14,232 bases of DNA from Prasinococcaceae sp. CCMP 1430 (lineage: Eukaryota > Plantae > Prasinodermophyta), in NCBI GenBank assembly GCA_013416795.1, contig RQSC01000009.1:219801-234032 (forward strand), written 5' to 3'. Under the pieces are notes generated by a model. It did not search any database, was not told where the DNA came from, and saw nothing but the letters and a program-made list of their open reading frames with translations. A program made the position numbers and the translations under genes. Below are positions 9,103 through 14,232 of this stretch, piece after piece; position 1 is the stretch's first letter; each line of letters begins with the position of its first letter.

Positions 9103-11541
9103 AAAGGCCGCCGGAGCGCAACACCACAGCCGCAGCTTGTCGAAGAAGTTCCACCTTTTCAGAGAGCAGCGTGCGCTGGGCAGCGCCAGCACGTCAAGGT
9201 TGATAACCTTGAGCGCCTTCACCATGTCAAGGAACGACCTCGGCCAGCGAATGTCAAAGGTCACATCCACCGTTGCGACGACCTGCACGAAGGCGATCAG
9301 CACGCGCGCGTGCGCCGCGAAGCTGCTGCGCTCGAGGCGACTCTCGACAGACTCCGCGGTCTCCGCGACGCCCTTGGCGACGGCTTCGGACGCCTTGCGG
9401 CTCAGCGTCTGGACCAGCTGCGTCTTCTTCGCGTCGTCGTCTTTGGCGAACGCTGCAGAGCAGCTCGCGATGCCTTTCAACCGTGCGAGAACACTCTTGA
9501 TGCGTTTCAGGACGCCGCCCACCAGGGCATCGAGGCGTGGCAGGAATGGCAGCCAGTAGAGCAGCACCACGACGAGCGCGAGCGCGAGAATTGCAGCCAC
9601 CGCGCCGACCCACACGCTTCCACTCGCCTGGCACGACGAGCATCCATCGCTCTCCGAGTAGCCATACCCCGGCTCGCACACCGCGCACAGCATGCCGTCG
9701 TAGCCGTAGTCGCAGCGCCACGACGAGTCGGCCGCGTCCTCGACGCCGGCCTCCAACAGCGCGCGGCGGCTCGCACTCGAGCTAGGAGCGCGGGCGCCCT
9801 CCCCTCCACCTCCGTGCCCACGCGGCGCGTGCTCGGGGAGGCACGCGGTGGGAAAGGGGCACGAGTAGAACACGGGCGAGCTCATGTTTTCGCGCCAGTA
9901 GCCCGCCATGCCGCTCGGCGCGCCGCCCGAGCTGCAGTTGGCGCCCGTCGGGCAGGAGGAGCACGACATCTCGCCTCCTCCCGCGGCCCATTCGGGATAG
10001 CTGCCGGGCACGCACTGGCACTCGGCGACGGAGAGCGCGGCGACATTGGCGGTGGTCGCTCCCGGGGGACACACGTCGCACAGAGCGGGCCCGGCCAGCG
10101 GCTTGAAGCTGCCAATGGCGCAGGGCGCGCACTCGTCGCCGCGCTCGTTCAGCACGCCCGCGTAGCCGGCACCGCACTCGCACGCGGCACCGTCGGCGGT
10201 CAGCGACGAGTGCGCGGGGCAGGCGCAGTCCGAGCGGGCAGTCGCACCGACGTCCGCGGTCGATGCGCCGCGCGGGCACGCAGCGCACGCGCTCGAGTCG
10301 CGATCCGCTTTGAAGGTGCCGATGCCGCAGGGCGCGCACTCGTCGCCGCGCTCGTTCAGCACGCCCGCGTAGCCGGCACCGCACTCGCACGCGGCACCGT
10401 CGGCGGTCAGCGACGAGTGCGCGGGGCAGGCGCAGTCCGAGCGGGCAGTCGCACCGACGTCCGCGGTCGATGCGCCGCGCGGGCACGCAGCGCACGCGCT
10501 CGAGTCGCGATCCGCTTTGAAGGTGCCGATGCCGCAGGGCGCGCACTCGTCGCCGGGTTGCAACAGCGTGCCCTCGAAGCCCGCGAGGCACACGCAGCGG
10601 CCCGCCGCCAGCGCCGAGTTGGGAGGGCACGCGCACTCGTCGGCGGCGGTGGCGCCCAGGCGCTGCGTCGTGGCGCCGGCGGGGCACGACTTGCACGTAT
10701 CCAGCCCCCCGCGGTCGGCGTACGTGCCGAGCTCGCACTGCTCGCAGGCATCGCTCCCTGCGATGCGCGTGCCTGCGGGGCACGCACACGTGAGCACGCC
10801 GTCGATCCTCTCCGCAACCATCACAGAATCGCCGCACACGCACGCCGACGCCGAGGTGGATCCCGCGGGGCTGGTCGTGCTCGTGGGGCAGGCGGTGCAC
10901 GACACCGCGCCGTCAACGTCGCTGAAGGTGTTGGCGGGGCATGGCTCGCACTCGGGGTTGATGCCGCTGGGGCCGTACGTGCCGGCCGTGCAGTCGGTGC
11001 ACGCGCTCGCGCCGGCCACGCTGGTGCGCCCGCTGCCGCACGCCGCGCAGTCGCCCGCGGAGGTGCTGCCGGCGCCGGCGACGAAGGTGCCTGCGGGGCA
11101 GTTGGTGCACTGCGCCGCGCCCACGGCATCCGCGTACGTGCCTGCGCCGCAGGGCGAGCAGGCGGTCGCGTCGGTGGCGTTGGTCGCCGAGCCCTTGGCG
11201 CACTGCGCGCACGCGGCGCCCCACGTCTGCGTCGCCGAGGCGCCATCGAGGCGATACCAGCCGCCGCCCTGCAGCGCGCCGCACGCGTAGCACTGCTCGC
11301 CCGCCTGGGGCGTGAAGGTGTTGGCGGGACAGTCGCCGCAGGACGTTTGGCCCGTCGAGGTAGTGGTCGTGCCGATGGCGCACGTGTCGCAGGTGGACTG
11401 GCCAGCCGATGACTGGTGGCGGCCCTTGGCGCACGGCTCGCGTGTCGACGAGGCGGTGGCGCCTATCAGGGCAGAAGAGGTGCCAGCGGGGCACTCCTTG
11501 CAGCCCTCGCCCGCGGCGTCGGCGTAGGTCCCGGCGGGGCA
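9103..11541 (-). CDS. Receptor middle part: Cys-rich CxxCPxGT(Y/F) repeats (GCC2/GCC3, ephrin-receptor-like), juxtamembrane Cys domain and first TM helices
   Basis: ORF 8782..11868 from CPAGTYAD onward has many CxxCxxGxY/F units, then CPTGANC...GYW...FYSC...C.YGYDG.LCAVCEPGY, the TM VWVGAVAAILALALVVVLLYWL, and RVLIAFVQVV...IRWP...INLD...C...FFDKL. Confidence 0.88.
10120..10555. repeat. Perfect 207-nt tandem duplication (69 aa, ~2.1 copies)
   Basis: gcagggcgcgcactcgtcgccg starts at 10120, 10327 and 10534; the two full units read identical. Confidence 0.95.
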
Positions 11542-11663
11542 AGGCCCTTGGCGCACGGCTCGCACGTCGACGAGGCGGTGGCGCCTATCAGGGCAGAAGA
11601 GGTGCCGGCGGGGCACTCCTTGCAGCCCTCGCCCGCGGCGTCGGCGTAGGTGCCGGCGGGGCA
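11421..11663. repeat. 122-nt-period tandem duplication with 4 mismatches, causing a frameshift
   Basis: ggcccttggcgcacggctcgc starts at 11421 and 11543. Minus-strand codon differences: GGC/GGG, GCC/GCT, ACG/ACA, TGC/CGC. Confidence 0.93.
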
Positions 11664-13949
11664 GGTGGAGCACGCTGTTGAGCCAGTGTCTGAGCCTTGG
11701 CCCGCCGGGCAGGCGAGGCAGTCCGCCGAGGTTGCGGAGAACGTGGCGGCGTTGTATGTGTTGGCGCCGCACGGTTCGCACTGCCTCGTGTCGCCGCCGT
11801 ACGAGGCCACGAACATGCCGGGCGGGCACGCGTAGCAGGAGGAGGCGTCGATCGTGCCGGCCGCGCATATCGAAAGTGTGAAGGCGAGGGCTCGTACATA
11901 GCTATCGACGCTCGAGCCGAGCGCGCTCCACGCCGCGCCGTCCCATTTGGCGATGTGGGACGTGCCCGACACGCCGCCGGCCGAGCTGAAGTAGCCGCCG
12001 ACGTACAGCGAGCCCGACGAAGCGTCCCACGCGAGGGCATATACTTCGCCAGAGTTTGTGCTGACGTCCCAACCGAGCGCGCTCCACGCCGCGCCGTCCC
12101 ACTTGACGATCCTGGAAACCACAGACCACACCCCCGGCAACTCTACTGTGCCGCCCCAAGATTCCGCACCGAAGGAGCCGCCAACGTACAGCGAGCCCGA
12201 CGAAGTGTCCCACGCGAGGGCGCGTACGTACTCGCCATTATTCATAACGGAATTTGCATGCATGCCCGAACCGAGCGCGCTCCATGCCGCGCCGTCCCAC
12301 TTGGCGATGCGAGACGTGCCCGACACGCCACCGGCCGAGCCGAAGTCGCCGCCGACGTACAGCGAGCCCGACGAGGCGTCCCACGCGAGGGCGCGTACCG
12401 GTACGAAACCGCCATTGACGCCCGAGCCGAGCGCGCTCCACGCCGCGCCGTCCCACTTGGCGATGCCGAAGTTACCGCCGACGTACAGCGAGCCCGACGC
12501 AGCGTCCCACGCGAGGGCGTGAACGTAGCTATCGACGCCCGAGCCGAGCGCGCTCCACGCCGCGCCGTCCCACTTGGCGATGTTAGACGTGCCCGACACG
12601 CCGCCGGCCGAGTCGAACCAGCCGCCGACGTACAGCGAGCCCGACGAAGCGTCCCACGCGAGGGCAAGTACATACAGCCCATCGACGCCCGAGCCGAGCG
12701 CGCTCCACGCCGCGCCGTCCCACTTGGCGATCTTGGACGTGCCCGGCACGCCGCCGGCCGAGTCAAAGTCGCCGCCGACGTACAGCGAGCCCGACGAAGC
12801 GTCCCATGCGAGGGCGTATACATGGATCCACTCATCCATGCCTGAGCCGAGGGCGCTCCACGCCGCACCGTCCCACTTGGCGTTGTCACCCGTGCCCCAC
12901 ACGCCGCCGGCATGGAAGAAGTAGCCGCCGACGTACAGCGAGCCCGACGAAGCGTCCCACGCGAAGGCGTTTACACGCCACCCATCGATGCCCGAGCCGA
13001 GCGCGCTCCACGCCGCGCCGTCCCACTTGGCGATCTTGGACGTGCCCGACACGCCGCCGAACGACTCGAAGGAGCCGCCGACGTACAGCGAGCCCGACGA
13101 AGCGTCCCACGCGAGGGCGCGTACATCGGGATCGACGACCGAGCCGAGCGCGCTCCACGCCGCGCCGTCAGTTAAACGCCACCCATCGACGCCCGAGACG
13201 AGCGCGCTCCACGCCGCGCCGTCCCACTTGGCGATCTTGGACGTGCCCGACACGCCGCCGGCCGAGTCGAAGGAGCCGCCGACGTACAGCGAGCCCGACG
13301 AAGCGTCCCACGCGAGGGCGTATACAGAGCTATCGACGCCCGAGCCGAACGCCGCCGTCCACGCGTCCCCTTCATGCAGCATCGCACCTCCCTCTCCGGC
13401 CACCGCGAGCCGCGAGCCGCTCGAGATCGTTTGCACGTTCGCACTAGCAGAGAGGACCGCCTCCGCGCCCATGCCGTCGTCGGCGAAGCCCACCTCGCCG
13501 GCGTACGCGCCGCTCGCGCCGAGGCCCGAGCCAAGCGTCAGCGCAACGGACACCGACGCGCCGCCTGAGAGCGTTCCCAGGGCGGGCGAGGCCGACAGCC
13601 ACGCATCCGAGGGCGCAGCCGCCCACTCCACCGCGCTGGCCGCATCGTTGGTGAGCGTGACCGTCGCGGTCGTGGTCGTGCTGTACGCGATCGTTTCGGA
13701 CACGCTCCCGGGCGACACGCTGAGGGGCGGCGACACGGTGAGCTGCAGCGGCAGCCGGATGGGGTCCCCGCCGCTCGAGCCGACCACCAGCAGCGCCGAG
13801 TGCGCGCCCTGCGCCAGCCCCGACGCGTTCATCTGCACCGTCACGCTGGCGCTGGCGCCAGCCGCGAGGCCGCTTCCAGCGTTCGCGCCCACCACGCTCG
13901 CCCACGCCTCGCTGGTGGCGGCGAAGCAGTCCAGGGTGCCCGAGCCATC
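11544..13949 (-). CDS. Receptor N-terminal part: BACON/Ig-like domains, Rax2-like WDGAAWSALGSG beta-propeller, first Cys-rich repeats
   Basis: ORF 11466..13895 extended in frame to the acceptor at 13949. WLSASPALGTLSGGASVSVALT is BACON-like. ~50-aa repeats WSALGSG..V.ALAWDASSGSLYVGG.F.SAGGVSGTS.IAKWDGAA follow. Confidence 0.88.
11880..13365 (-). repeat. Coding tandem repeat array (~150-nt units): 9 blades retaining the LYVGG core, one internally deleted blade and one terminal partial blade
   Basis: Near-invariant blocks ccgccgacgtacagcgagcccgacgaagcgtcccacgcgagggc and gagcgcgctccacgccgcgccgtcccacttggcg alternate with short variable segments. Confidence 0.95.
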
Positions 13950-14142
13950 CTATGAGGTGCGCGGGACGGGTCGAATGGAGGGGTCAGCGCTGGGTGGCGC
14001 GCGAAACAATTGCGGCTCGCTCGCTGAACCCACGGGCGCTGTCACCCTTGCGCACGCAGCCAGACCCCGCGCCACCTAAGCCCTCATTTTGCCCCAAGCA
14101 AGCACGGCGCCTCTCCTCGGGTGCGGCCGTGCCGCCACGCAC
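13950..14142 (-). other. Spliceosomal intron, 193 nt, phase 0
   Basis: GCG|GTGCGT donor at 14142, GCTGAC branch at 13983-13988, CATAG| acceptor at 13950. Removal joins ...AAVTFVADA to DGSGTLDCF... in frame and removes the in-frame TAG. Confidence 0.88.
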
Positions 14143-14232
14143 CGCGTCCGCGACGAACGTCACCGCCGCCTCGGCCGCGTCGGGCCGGTGGGCCGCCAGC
14201 GCCAGCGTGTCGGGCGTCCCCGCTCCGAACGC
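14143..14232 (-). CDS. Upstream exon (partial) of the receptor gene
   Basis: Translates to AFGAGTPDTLALAAHRPDAAEAAVTFVADA, GC3-rich; forms the first strands of the Ig/BACON-like domain completed by the next exon. Confidence 0.8.

Larger units (their letters stand above)
8046..14232 (-). pseudogene. Large modular cell-surface receptor-like gene (BACON/Ig-like, Rax2-like beta-propeller, Cys-rich GCC2/GCC3 repeats, multi-TM C-terminus), 5'-partial, disrupted by two frameshifts as assembled
   Basis: Segments join logically: exon 14232-14143, intron, 13949-11544, frameshift, 11541-9103, frameshift plus deletion, 9101-8046 (TAG). Pseudogene status depends on the assembly being correct. Confidence 0.65.

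Noticed and set aside
11880-13365. CRISPR-like alternation of constant and variable segments
   Set aside because: Two different constant blocks alternate, the array is an open in-frame protein repeat, there are no cas genes, and the context is eukaryotic.
11880-13365. Diversity-generating retroelement explanation for the variable codons (several are NNC, e.g. TAC/GAC/AAC/TCC)
   Set aside because: No reverse transcriptase or template repeat in the window, variation includes length changes and codons such as TGG that cannot derive from AAC, and NNC is expected from the codon bias.
8053-14079. Plus-strand ORFs over the receptor gene (e.g. 9082..11412, 11697..12845, 12988..14079)
   Set aside because: Antisense shadows; their repeats simply mirror the minus-strand repeats.

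Overview
Very GC-rich (roughly 70-75% by eye) eukaryotic DNA. It has two spliceosomal introns (donor GTGCG, branch GCTGAC, acceptor YAG), which suggests a green-alga/prasinophyte-like genome, though the taxon cannot be fixed from this window. Most listed ORFs are antisense or frame shadows caused by the G/C third-position bias. There are four real coding units. (1) A minus-strand 7-bladed lactonase-type beta-propeller (~1198 to <1), absent from the ORF track and lacking a start codon. (2) A ~2000-aa plus-strand orphan membrane protein (~1190-7200) with about 8 TM helices, an IQ-like motif, Sfi1-like repeats and one frameshift. (3) A short intron-containing minus-strand 5' gene fragment (7889 to ~7200) that runs into gene 2 without a stop. 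(4) A large minus-strand surface receptor (>14232 to 8046): BACON/Ig-like domains, a Rax2-like propeller with constant framework and hypervariable loops, Cys-rich GCC2/GCC3 repeats and a multi-TM C-terminus, broken by two frameshifts. The most striking features are the hypervariable propeller blades and the high density of rearrangement junctions (head-to-head and tail-to-tail gene collisions, deletions, tandem duplications). These suggest either a recombination-driven receptor diversification/decay region or a misassembly. No RNA genes, CRISPR array or transposase were seen.
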